Source of the DNA: Balanoglossus misakiensis
Taxonomy: Eukaryota; Animalia; Hemichordata
Assembly: GCA_040954595.2 (NCBI GenBank)
Contig: CM082581.2
Coordinates: 13,403,921 to 13,467,920 of the forward strand
Reading direction: 5' to 3'
DNA: 64,000 nt
A program made the translations under genes and the position numbers. The notes beneath the pieces are model-generated. The model was not told the DNA's origin, searched no databases, and saw only the letters and a list, made by a program, of their open reading frames with translations. This document shows positions 50,751 through 64,000 of this stretch, piece by piece (the first letter of the stretch is position 1; each line of letters opens with the position of its first letter).

Positions 50751-53700
50751 GAAATAAGTCGACGCTATATTGTGCCATGTAACATTTCACCGCAAGTTTA
50801 CCGTAGAGGCGTACGCATGGAATATGGTTATATGTGAGGAAGTGATCAACCTGTACCTATTGAACTGTCTCTGTGAAATGATCAAATCTGTTAAGGGCGT
50901 TAACAGTGTCCCAATACAGCTTCTATTTTTACTTGATAAAGCAGAGAGCATGGTACATTAATTTTTATGAAGACCAGGCAAGATGGCCCAGAAAGTTGGC
51001 CGCTTTAGATATGAAGATTATTTTATCGTCAGCCATATCTGGAATTCAATCGGCCATGGTTATAGTAGTTATAGACGTGTTACAACAGTAGAATGCCTTT
51101 GATGGGAGAATTCAAATGAATGATAGGCGAACAGAATGCGGCATACATGACCAGAATCGGCAACTTAGAAAACAATTCAGTTATTACTCACACGATCACA
51201 GGGATCCAGTCGTCTTCGTTGGAACCGTAATTAATTAGCCACAAAGTGCAAAATCGGTAAACCAAAGCTGTGATTTGAGAACCTTATGCAATTAGATAGT
51301 TGGGGATTTTTGGGGTGCTTGACACTTGTTATACGGTAGTTCACAAAAAGCACACCGCTCTCGAAAAGCAGTAGTCTCGGCGACTTGTTTTTTCGTCCGT
51401 TGAAAAGAAATGCCACTGTTCTGTTGTTCACCCATCCCCCCTCCACGTTCACTCAAAAACCGTTCATGTCAGGATGAGCAAAATACGCAGACGGTCAGCT
51501 GCTGCACAATGCACAGGGGATGCAGGATTCTGTAAAATAGACTGAAATGATATATTCACTACGGATGATGGATGTCTCCCATGTGCATTTCCATTGCTTT
51601 ACCCGTGCTGTGAAACAATTTCATCAGAACGACTCGATCTGCACTTCATATAGGGAAAGTTGACTATTGGAAAAACGCTTTTTTTGTAATTTCAATTCAG
51701 TTATATTCGCCGACAGTTACCTTCATACTTAAATGTAACATGTTCCTATGATACATTGTATAACTGTACGACTTTTTAACGGTTAAAATATGGTTTAGAC
51801 AAGGCATGTTCGTGTGCGAAGCAATGGTGTCATTTAAAGCAATTCAATTAGCACTGATGACACCTATACGTTGCTTGGTTGATCGCATGGTTGGTTAACG
51901 TCGATAATTTCTTCAAATTAAAGGAAATGAGATAAAACATTTGACCATGATGCGTTTTTGCAGTCAGTCAGACAGCCGTGGCAGTTTCAATGTGTTCTGC
52001 TTCGAACAAATTTAGACAAACCTCGCTTCCAGAATGGTACGTTTATACACAGGAATAAGCGTAGGTGTAGTCGGTCTTGTGAGGGCGATGTGTAATTTGG
52101 AGAGACGACAAGAGCGTGTATGGAGTATTTTAAAGAGCTTCTCCATCCTATAGTAGCACCTTTGTACGGTACATCCTTCACACCTTTTGTTTTTGAGGTT
52201 AAGCCATGTGTCTGTTTCTTTTTATAGAATGTTGTGCAAGAGAAGTATGAAGAAACTTGGGTGAGTGAATAATTTTTGGTACACCCCTGAAATATGGCCG
52301 CACGATGTACAGCTTCATAGAAACCTAAACATTGTAGGAACCCTGAGTAATTTAAAGGTTATATTGTTCGCCAGCAATCACTGCAGTTAATGTTTATATT
52401 TTATTAAGCCGTTTTATAACGATAGCACACTGTCGTTCCCATAACACAGACTTTTTATAACCATTACAAATTTGAATTTGCCCACTGTGTTAACGACACT
52501 GACACTCACTACGAGATGGCCATAGCAACAAAAACAGGTAGCTTTAAGAGTGGGGAACATCTTTATTTTGGTTGCAACTGATTACATTCTTCAGAAGTCA
52601 CGAGCTTCATTCTTGTTGTGCGGATGACTGGGTTGATGATGTGTTTATCTCCGAGAAAAAAACTGCTTTCGTTATCGTTGATGCAACAGTCCATAGGAGA
52701 ACGCTCAGCTACAAATAGTATCTGACAGTATAGACACGATATTTCTACAACACGCCACTATCCGTCTCTCATAGGTGTAGTTTCATTAAGTATGCATTAA
52801 TTGTCTTCTAAGTGTTGTGGGAGTAACCTTTTGTTGAATGCGTCTCTGGAGCCCAATAGTGAACATTGGGGCGGGCATGCGCATCGCCAATTAAATGAAT
52901 CAAAAATACACGGTGACTTATTGCATGAAGAAAGACACGCTTCATTGAAACCAGTGGATAAAGCAAACATGGCGCTATATGCATATACCCGTTCCATTCA
53001 AGCCTATCATGCTGTTTTTGCAATGTCTTATGGTGACGTCATAGCACAACCTGCATATTTATTGATCCTACATTAATAAATATGCAAATTATTGAAATCA
53101 ATGGCACATTGTTAATTCGTTCGCAATACATTCTTCAAAAATGTCATTTACCAGAAGTTCAAACAGTGAGAACATGACACGGTCCTAGAGCAGATGCCAA
53201 CGACACAAGCCAGTTTCTCATATGTTACGTTATTCAATCATTTTTTACTTTGGATGAATAGACACGTCTGGCAAGGATGCAGTAGATTCAGACACACGGA
53301 CACTGCAGTGTTATTTCACTTTGATCTGTTTCCATTTCTGCAAGCCTTGTGTACATGTGAATGAAACGGAATAAACAACAGGGCAAGCAACTTCTGGTGC
53401 AGTAACCATATAAGTATCAGGAACAGTCTAAAGGAAATCTAAGAATATTTTTTATTCATTAGTGACAAATTCTAAAACGTCCCGGGAGAGGTTAGGAAAG
53501 GGCATGTCATTATCTGGTTAATTGTTTCACTCAATGAGTTTGTGTTCGGGAACACTTTAAACATGACGTGTGTGTTCAGGTGCAGGCCTTTCACCAATTG
53601 AGGTTTAATAACTTTGGCCTTCTACTCTTGCTAATAAAATATCCTAATTTACCCGACGTGTTTCCTTGTAAAGTGCTTAGCCGACAGTCCCGGCATGATG

Positions 53701-54017
53701 TTCAATGATTTGAGTGACCTCCGCAAATGTAAAAAGGTGATCAGTATAACCCGACAAATGAAATGTTTTATCACACGCGTTAATGACCAGTTTATTGTCT
53801 TGATAGTCAATTTCAGAGCAGTAGAAGGTAAACATGGCATTGTGACAAGAACACATTCTGAGACGCATTGTTACGTTGTCAGTGAAACAGAGCATACATG
53901 TAACAGCGCGAAAATTATTTGCATTACGCTTGCAGAGAACACCGAAGTGACCAATTTGGTGATTACTTCTCATTTTCATTGTGCTAAGTTCTCTCTCTCT
54001 GTCACTCATTGTCTCCT

Positions 54018-54064
54018 TGTCTGTCTGTCTGTCTGTCTGTCTCCTCTCTCTCTCTCTCTCTCTC
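54018..54064 (+). repeat. Compound (TGTC)n(CT)n microsatellite
   Basis: Directly visible. Confidence 0.95.
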
Positions 54065-57000
54065 GAGTCCCTCTCTTTCTATATATACATGTACAATGTA
54101 TATACGGTATATGTAGTATACGATCATCTTTCGTCATAGCTCAGTAAACATTACTTACTTGTTGACCACGTCAGTTACAAAGAAATCTCTTCCGTAAAGT
54201 GACTTTGATCGGAACGACCTATCATCAGAGGGCATCAGCGGTATATTTTTATCACAGCCATCCGCAAAATATGTCAGTTCGCGCCCAACAACATCGGAAT
54301 GAGCAAACTTGAAGAAATGTCAATGAGGCTTAAAGTTGATGAGAGTGCGACAAATATTGTGGCCTCTTGACAGCTTCCATACAAAAGTGTTGTAGATCTC
54401 ACTATCAATATTAGTTTAGTAGTTCAACTTTCCTCGTCAGAAACTGAAAACTCACAGTGTGAGCAGTATAAACCACAGGGCAATGATGTTGTGATTTAAC
54501 ATAATTGTATTTCCCAAGCAGTATTCCTTTGTGGTATTAATATCCTCCACACAGATCTTAAATATCTGGCTTCTTGAAACTTAAAATTCATGTGAGATTA
54601 TCACCACCGTCAACTGAACAAAAACGGATATACTTTTATCTTACTAAGTGATTCTCATACGTGAGTTTACAAAAATATTTGGGCTTCAACAATCGTAGCA
54701 ACTTGCTAAATTGGTAATCTAAATTCAAACTCACAGAGTCTTACTTTCATAGTGACATGGCATTGCTAAAGTATGCTTACAGTTGTTTTTCAACTGTATT
54801 TATATGAAAACTGGAACTCGTCTCACATCAGTAAATGACCAACACCACCATAATTATCACCATCATCCTAGTATACGTCGTTGCCAGCACCACCACAAAC
54901 ACCACCACTACTACTTATTTTATGTGGATGAATATTGATGGCACAGTCTGTATTTATTAATATTTCCTCCAACTCAGTGTCGTCACATATAATCGGAAAG
55001 ATGACAGCAGCGGGATGATGTGCAGCATAAATGTAAAATAAGATGTGATGTGCTTTTTATAGTTTGACAAATCACGTCCGGTAAATTATTTTGAGGATGA
55101 TTATTTCCCCTTCACATTGCTAAAATCAATTATTTACCCAGGGATGGTATTAATCAAATGTAGCCAGGGCTTCTCGGTCACAGAAATCATGACGGTTTTA
55201 ATTTTGCATAAGACAGGATTGCGCGATCGCAAAGTGACACGAAGATTAGTGTTGATTCAGCAATAATGCAAGTCGAGATGAAGGCGTTCGCATTAAAATT
55301 AATCACCGCGTTTAAAAAATCATTACATTAGTAGCCTGCAATTTTAACAGCCAAGGCGTGACCAATCCTGGGAATTATCAAACATGTTACAATTACAAGT
55401 CAACGTAGTTATGGCAATCGTTGCATAATTAACATTTGCAACTGAAAAATTCAGGCTTTAACCAGTCTAATATGACACATCGCGTTTACGATGTAGAATT
55501 CATCAAGTTCCTTGTCATGTTTTCGTCGCATACCAACCCGGTGCTCGTATTCTTGATTGTGTATATTAATTATAGAGACTTCACTGCCAACAATATAATC
55601 AAGATGCTACTTGGTCTTCAAGTTGTCACTTGGCATGAAATAAAATAAAACTCCGTCTACAGGTCTACCGTTGTCAAGCGACGCTTGTTTAACATCACAT
55701 GGTATTTGTGCTATCAAGATGTTTTGCCAAAAACCCGTAGGCGCAGGTGGAGGCTCGTGCAAATAATTATGTGATACGTTTTGCGCACAGAGGAGCGAAG
55801 TCGATGACACACACTCAGCCGTCCTCCAGTGTTGACAAATATATTCAATGTTAGGGAATCCTGGCACTTACCAAATATGGAATCCTGCTGGTAAGGTTAT
55901 CTTCTTATCACTATGCAAAAGTTTCCTCCTGCAGATCAAATTAAACAGAAAAGCAATTTCATGTTAAGCCAACCTAAAACACGGGCCAGAAACCGGTTGA
56001 ACGAAACTTTGCAGACCGTTCTCCACAACTGAGTGAATAAAGTCGCCTCAACAAGCTTTCGGGAGATATCATCGAAGTCACGGGACGTTCAGATGAACCA
56101 ATAGACAGCAGCCAACGTTGCATTATGATTCGCGTGTTAGTGCTTGGCCGCACGCATACACAAGACCGTGACCAACGCAACGGCTGCGCATGCGTTGCTG
56201 AGAAAAGAAACCTCAGTCGCATGTGTACGCGAAAACGTGAGCACCGTGCGTCATACATCATCGCTTCTTGACATCAATATTATAACCTCACTGATTTCCC
56301 CATTTGGACACATAATGTCACATTTCAAAGGTACAGATTTTGAAGGACTGATTAGCTGGGCAGTGTGCGGGGATCGGGAGAAGATACGGTTTATCTTTGT
56401 TGCCGACTCTCGTATGGAAACCACGTACTATTTTATTGCCCTTCTGTTAAAGTTGTTGACATGTAGAGTCTTTGATAGGAAAGAATTGCCACGGATGTTA
56501 CTACTATAAAAATTCAATACAATCATAGACACATTAAACAAAAATTGATTCTAACCAATGTGTTTTCTTTGATACTACAATGCACTTATTGCGTATTAAG
56601 ACTTTATAAAAATTAATAAGCCCAAAAATGAGCCTTAATTAGATAAAGCCACTATTAATAAGTTATAACTAACGGGTATATGCGAGAAAACCATTTAATA
56701 AAATTAATGAACTGTGTATCTGTCCAAAAAGCCATAATGACATCTTTAATCTACGTCTTTAGGATAAGAAGTCACAGTGTTTCTGTGCTAAAGACAACAT
56801 AACTCATTTGTGCCGGATTTCGCGTGAAAAGACAGATTACAAGTGCAATTGAAAGATTATTAAATTTTCAAACATGGGTCTCGTACAGGTGACATGATTT
56901 AACACCTATAAAAATAATATCGCACTTGTTCTTGTCAATAAACAGTAATTTATGTTTAATGTTTTTTTCCTAATCGCTTTAGAGTGGTTTTGGTCTGTTA

Positions 57001-58994
57001 TTTTTTTCTTTCCGGACGTACAAATCATTTACTTGAAATTTTATATTTGGACATTGTGACAAGGAGTCTGATTGGCAGTTGTACATAAATGGTAATCTCC
57101 ATTTGATAATATCAGGCGATCTGCACATGCACAGGTATAACATGATGGCACATGCGTTCGTTAGTGCAAATGAAGAATGAATCGAAGTTGTGCCTTTAAC
57201 CGTGTTGAGTTTGACTGTTTGTTAAATGTGTATGCTTCATTCTGTCAGGATAACAAGGAACAGGCTATCCCTAAACTAGAATTGAAAGTACGAATACATA
57301 AGTCTTGTTTGAAATTTATTGGACAGGTCCTTATGGATGATTTTCAAATTCTTCCCAAGCATTTCTCATAATGATATATGTTGTGTCAAATGTCACAACA
57401 GAGCTCAAGTATCAGTTGCTATGTCACTGGAACGTGTTAACGCTTGACTGCACGTTGAACTATACAAACATTACTGATTGTGCAAATGATGTGACTAATT
57501 ATCAGGGGGTCAAAGCAATTTATCTTTATTTTCGCAGTAAAAAATGACAAGATATGGAACTTCTCCCCCACCCTCCCCCAATCTCATCTTGGCCACCTGT
57601 GAATTTATACATTTTAAAGAACACTTGAAAATACTCTCTTTTTCACGCGGATATGGTATACTGCAGGCTGGTTGGTCAAATGTACCGAGAAAGTTGTCTC
57701 GACGATGTATGTTTGTAGATCAGACTTAAACATATGTTGATTGAATGGGGTCTTGCATGTCGGCCAGAGTAGTTCTTGAGAACAGCACCATCTGTCCTGG
57801 TGTACGTGTACTAAAGCTTTTACAACTTCTATGATTTGAAGTAGCCAGTGTGTAATATCGTAGTGTGTACTGGACAATTTACCAATTGGTTAAGTGACAC
57901 GCAACCCTTTTCGTTTTTTGTTTACGATGGAGAAAAATCACCCAGATACTTCAGAGTGTCAACTGTATGCTTGAATAATGTACAGGTTTCCTGTGACATG
58001 TCTAGTACCAACTGACCCGTACCCACGTACCCGCAATAAAAAAAACACTCAATGTAATACGAGTTATCTTCTGATTCTTGTTTGCCCTAGTTTCACTTCT
58101 TCAGTCAGTTTTTCCAGTGTGTTGCTTCCTTCAGTAGAAGTAGATTTCTTTATTTCTCCGAGGGATCTGAACGAATGTATATTCCTGCATTAATTATTAA
58201 GCACCAGATGGTAACTTTATTCTCTGATAACCCCATTTAGGTTTACACCAGAATTAAGTCGCAGGCTTTCATGAATATGGATCAGTTGCACGAAATTCAA
58301 ATCTCATCCCCTGTGATTTTCACTTTAATTGAATTATTATTTGAAAATATTTATAACTCGTCTAACATTCCCCTCCATCTTGGACAGTGAGAGAACAGTG
58401 CTTTGTCCCCAAAAAGAGTGTTGTGTTATATTAAATTATGGAGGGGCCGGTCGATGAACCTTACAAATGTGTGCAAGGATTATGGGAGCGTTTTCCCAGG
58501 AAATATAAAAAAGCCGAAGTTTGAAAGGAAATGGCTATATATGTTTCAAATCCAGGACCCTTATATGGTCATATTTAAATGTCCTGATGTTCAAGACTTG
58601 CACGATATAGATATAATGTGTTTACTGGAAATTTTTTATTTATAAGAGATAGTGTCATACATATAGAAAATACCGAGATTCCATGCATACGTTCGCACTA
58701 GCGCTTGAACGGGTGATGTTTGTGTGCGTGATTGTCAAAACATTTAAATAAATTATGAAGAACAGATATCATCAAGTCATTGATCTGGCCCAGATACATT
58801 TAATGCTACTAAAATCCTAATGGAATATTGATCATAACATGTCAAAATGAAATAATAATAATAATAAATCACGAAAAGACTTAAAAAAAAGTAAATCCCC
58901 TTTTCAGCTTAAGTATACAGGAAACCCTATGGCCAGAAAATTTGAGGTCATTTTAAGATTATCTTCTGCGATTATCTCACCTTGTGAGAGACTA

Positions 58995-59330
58995 CATAGC
59001 TAAAACTTAATTCTGTCTTCCATATAGCTAAAGGATAATTCTATTTTTCATATACGAGTGATGGTTTCTTCCATATCCAATATAGAGAGAGTAATATTCC
59101 AGTGAATCCAATTCGATATAACTAAAGGCTACTTCTACTTGTAATCTCCCCTTACGATTATTTCTGTGTCCTATATATTAACTTAAACTGACTTCCATAT
59201 CCCATATAAGCAACGGTTACATATAACTGAAGGCCACCTCTATGCTCATACAGATTGAGCTTACTTCCATGTGCAATGTATCGCATAGGCAAAGTTTACT
59301 TTATATCCCAATCTGTGACGCAACGCTAAA
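58995..59330 (+). repeat. Highly degenerate tandem repeat, period about 100 bp
   Basis: ATATA[G/A]CT[A/G]AAGG at 59022, 59116 and 59221; CTTCCAT[A/G]T recurs four times. Confidence 0.5.
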
Positions 59331-62300
59331 TCTCAAAGATTGTATCGTAGTATGGATTTAGGATCTATTCTGACGTTTGTATCATCTATGAAGGAGTAAG
59401 CTTAGAGATGTTTCATGTATTTCGGTCCTTTTTCGATTAAATAGTCCACCTACATATTGCCAATGTTTGTAGAACCACACAGAGTCCATTTATTAGTCCT
59501 CTGGTATCATGACTGAATTGCCGTCCACATGACAAAAAAATACCGAATGCAATTATGACTTAACGACTGCCGTGGGGTTAATTGGCAAACTGAATGTAGA
59601 CTCAGGTGATATCATCGATAGATTGCAATTTGCTGCTCGTACGACTCACGAATAAACAATTTGACATTGATTTCATACAAAATGATAAATGCGAATATTT
59701 ATGTTGCCCGACATTGCATCTATTAGCTTATGCAAAATGGAATGAGCAAAGCTGATGCTAATGAGAATTTGTCACCCTGTACAAGTGTTTTGATTCTCTT
59801 GCATCATTTATAACGATTTTAATTAAAATTTACCAACTCATCGATCATCAGTCAATTTTAAACATTGATTATCTTATGAATCGTGCAAAACAACTGTCCC
59901 ATCGTCATGTGGAGAGTTTGTTTCAAGGAAGAAAACTCTGGAGTACATTGTGCTTGAGTTACTTTAAGGCAGTACGCACCTTAAGCTTGGGGTGATATTT
60001 TCAAAAAAAGTCTTCCAAACTTTTCAATTCTTGGCTATATTAAAGTGTGTGAGGGGTCCATATGACGTAAAAGAATAAAACATGGTGGTTACCGTCTTGT
60101 TTTTTCTCCGTAGATTTAAATCAATTTCGATAGTCACCTTTGCAGGAGTGTAAATTTAGTAACGTCGACAGGTTTCCCTTTGGCGTTAGGATGACACGTA
60201 CAGAGGTTCTGCTTGTGCCAAATGCGTTGACTTCTCGCTCGATCGAGGCGCGTTCTCAGTCAAAATTAGAATTTATAAAGCATATGGACGTACTCTCAGG
60301 TAAACCTTTCGTGCTGGAGTTTGTGTGTGCGACACAAGACCCCCAAGGCGAGAATTATACACTCCGATCTAATTATTTCTCTTAATGAAGTCGATGGCAA
60401 TGAAACTACTGAAATTACTAAGACCGTCTGTCGTCTGCCACTGAATGAATTCTTATCACAACGGCTGATGTCGAAGAATCGTGATTGAAGTTTAAATTAT
60501 AGGCACACACTGAAAGAAGTTAGACATCCTCAAGGATAGAAAAATAAATACAAAAATCACATTACTGTAGCACACTGTGTCCTGAGCACAATAGTTCATT
60601 TATGTGCATTTAAAGGAGTGTTGCCATTTAGTATTTGACCAAAGACTGATCACATGATGAATGGTCAATGTCAACCCGAGCAAAATTTAATACGAATTAA
60701 AAGCAATAACTCACAAGCTAGTATTTTCTTCAATAACCTTATCGTGTGGGAACGTCACATCAAAACAAGCCAGAAAATCAATAAAATATCAAAATGTGTG
60801 TGTTCGAACTTCTGGTTGCTCTGCTCTTGAAAAATCTGGCATACATTATTGAGAACGTGTATATTATTACCCATGTTAGATGAGGCACAGTCACTTTAGG
60901 TAAATTGAAACGAGGCCTCTACTTTCAGAAGGCAGTAAATTCGTGTGATTAACACTTCCGTTGAAGAATATGTCTAAACGCCGCAATCAACTCTGCCGGG
61001 CGATGGAATCCCTTGCTAATACAGAGCACTTAGTAAAGCGAAACAAAAGAAAATATCAGTGATCTTCCATGCATGCCAGTTCTCTCAACTGATTTTAAGT
61101 AAACAACTGCATTTTCCATTTTTGTATGTTTGTTCAATGAATGATTTTAAAATAGATGTAGTCGTGATGTGAGACGAAATCGATACATTTAACATTTTGC
61201 GTCGTGTAAATATTTCCGATGCAGAAAATGGAGGATCTTTGTCGTGACGTATTTAACTTGTCTGAAGTTAAAGAGTTCGCTAGAGTGATTAAGGTCGATG
61301 AAAGTTTACTCGTTTTGGAGTTTTTACCTGCCTGAAACGACAGAATGTATTAGAGAAATAACTTTTACCTTTCCTATGTTACACCGTTAAATTATCATCT
61401 GTATGAAGTGTTGTAGAGAATGTTTATGACATATACACAATGTACTGCTCATCTACATACATATCTATCTACTGGTACATGCATGTCACATATCCACGGA
61501 AATTGATGGTTTAAGTGACAAATTGAAGTCACCTAGTTCATTCTGAAATTCAGGAGTAGATGTGTTTTCAATGCGATTTAAAACGGGGCTTATACATGTA
61601 GGTCTCAACGACACATCGAAGGCATTTTCCATCAATGGATTCGATTGGACCTGAAATTTGTAGCAAACATCCACAACCAGTCCAGTTCTCACGAGATATT
61701 GAGCGTAGGACGATAATTCTTCTAACACGATGCTAGCCGTCTGCTTTCCTTACTTTAAACGTAAGTAGCTCAACAAGATAATACCTTGCCCCAAGCAACC
61801 ATAAGGTACCGCGATACTATAGCAGAGTTATCGAAAAAGAGATATTTCTGAACTGACTTGAAGTGGAAGTGGTGTAGATGGTTTCGATTAAATATCGAGG
61901 AAGCAAATGCATTTGAAATGACTTCACCATTATCGTGACTACTTTATCAACGTTTGAATCACACACCACAACCCTCGCTTTTCCACACAGAACACAAATT
62001 AAATACACGCAACCTCCCCCCCCCCTCAGTCAGACCAGCGCTGCCCCTTTTAAAGCTTAACCTTCAATTAGTTACAGCAGCAATGTCATCAATGTGTCTT
62101 AATGTCAGCTGATTTTCCCGTAAAATGAAAATAAAGTTCTCTCTTGAGTCACCGAGTTAGGAAACTTGGAGCTATAAAAATGTCTTGCTAACTATACTAC
62201 TGCAAACTCTCTAGCCGGCCATATGCGTTTCTCTATACTCAAAGCGGCAAATGTTAACGCTAGAACGTGTCATTCTTCCGGCGTTTTTCTCGTTTTATTT

Positions 62301-64000
62301 GTTCTTTGTAATCACAACTTTGATGAGCTGTGTTAGATTGAAATATACTGCCGCGAATAGAAGGCTAAGTCTTTACAACTGCGTACACAACAAATCATAA
62401 TTAATTCTGCCTTAACCGACCTCCGACAAATTACAGCTCGTAACACCTCGCCCGAAGCAGACAATACATAGCAATGGATACCTGATCAATTGTATGATAT
62501 ACGGTCAATGAATACACTAGTAATGTTTTTGTGTGTGTTTGCCTATTGGATAGTGTAGGTTGTAAGTTACAGAGATATGACTTAACATGGCATTTGTGGG
62601 CAGAGAAATAGAACTTATCTGCACTGAAGCTAACGAGGAATGATCGATACACCAATTGCAAAAACTGAACATTCCATCTTGTTTGTAATCACTTAAAGTC
62701 AATTGGTGCAATGAGATATGCAACGTGATATGTTAAGAGTCAGTACCCTTGACGCACTGGTTTTAGAATCATAGATATTAGAATTCTCTCGAATTAACCA
62801 TATACGGTACTTTGTCCAAGTCGGTCGATAAAAACCGTAGTTTTAAACAGTTTGTGTGTCTCTATTTAATATAATACTATTTGAATTAGGTAAACATATA
62901 AACATTCGGCATCGTGGAGAATAGTCTTTACTTTTTTGTCAGGAAGGAAACATTACTGTAGTGAGCTATAAGTCACCACCCAGACACGGCGATGAAATTA
63001 TTCAAAATGATGCATATAAGGACAGTGACCTGTGTGACGACATTGGCAACACGTGTGGCGTTTGCCCTGCGATAAGGGGAGAATGTCAGAATATGGGAGC
63101 GTAGCAGAATACCTTATTTAGTAATTTATCAACTTGAATGATTCTATTTTTCTGTCAAACGACCAAATCCAGGGCTAATATCAGTCTTGTATTTACTTAT
63201 TAACTTAAGACCTTGGAACACAACTGAAATAGAAGCTATTTGATCAAAATAAAAAATAGTAGAAACGTTCCCAAATATTGAAACATACACTATAAGTAGT
63301 AAACACTTATGGAAGTATGCCGATTTTATGATCTACTGCATGCTAGGAAACACACACGACTTACGTTCAAGGGCGGCTTTTTATGATGGATGTTTTTGCT
63401 GGTGAAATATGAGAATCGGAGCTGTAACAAGGGACAATTACTGGAGATGTTGCTCCGCTCAGCAAGCAAGGCTCAATAAAATATGTCATTGAAATTTATA
63501 GCACCATTTGTCAGAAATGCTCGATTGTAAAGTGTCTCTGCGTAATGAAAATGACTGATTGCCTGTACGACGCATAGAAACGTAGAAATTATGACAAAGA
63601 CCAAGAGCTGTTGTCATGGGTTGAAACCAGTTATTTGATTAAAAACTGTTGCGATTTCCAAAAAAAAAATATTAATAACAAGTGAGCACTTAAATGTCAA
63701 AAGCTCAACAATAATTATCAGATGAACTTTGTTTTACAGAGTCATCTGTCGAATCTCCCCGGGGTATGCCTGCACCCGGTGCAAATATATATTTAATTGT
63801 TTTACCTTAGATATGAAATATCTTGTGCTGGACAAACTGACAACTGGCAGTAACGTCTATACAAAGCTTTCTATACATTCCCTAAATGCAGTTGACACTT
63901 CAAAATCAAATTGTTATCCTAAGACAGGTTTTCGTCTCCTGTAGGCTAAATCAATACGCCACCCAAGAATATAAGTTATGCAAACAGACATTTCTCGGGA

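Noticed and set aside
57614-57877. WLLQIIEVVKALVHVHQ resembling kinase helix E
   Set aside because: No HRD/DFG motifs and no supporting exons.
61486-61728. 80-aa ORF with ENAFDVSL, similar to ENAFDVTL near 46236
   Set aside because: The match is short and the other copy's frame closes quickly; most likely decayed repeat copies or chance.
1-64000. A vasopressin/oxytocin-type gene (C[FY]IxxCxxGGKR plus a second neurophysin) expected from synteny
   Set aside because: A manual, non-exhaustive scan of GGK codon strings and Cys-rich frames found none. The only neurophysin splices in frame to the NG exon. The gene may lie outside the window.

Overview
AT-rich metazoan genomic DNA, very probably from an enteropneust hemichordate (acorn worm), judged from the peptides it encodes. 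Most listed ORFs are noise. Two spliced neuropeptide-precursor genes can be rebuilt by hand, lying tail-to-tail with about 4.95 kb between stop codons. (1) + strand: a 92-aa corazonin/GnRH-superfamily precursor (CDS 19085-19234 + 20864-20992) predicted to release pQPHFSLKDRFRWKA-amide, with a non-coding first exon and a CRE/CCAAT/AP-1/TATA promoter near 14660-15058. (2) - strand: a 232-aa NG-peptide precursor (neuropeptide-S/CCAP-type; CDS 32082-31975 + 30844-30503 + 26194-25946) with 4x NGFWNamide, 1x NGFYNamide and a C-terminal 14-Cys neurophysin. The main point of interest is this tight linkage of two paralogous-system ligand genes, which looks like a remnant of an ancestral GnRH/corazonin - NG/NPS/CCAP - vasopressin/oxytocin cluster. 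The rest of the window holds MITEs, a ~0.5 kb tandem duplication, microsatellites, a LINE-like remnant, many CRE and RFX X-box motifs, and two orphan promoter/first-exon candidates on the - strand. No vasopressin/oxytocin gene was found by eye.
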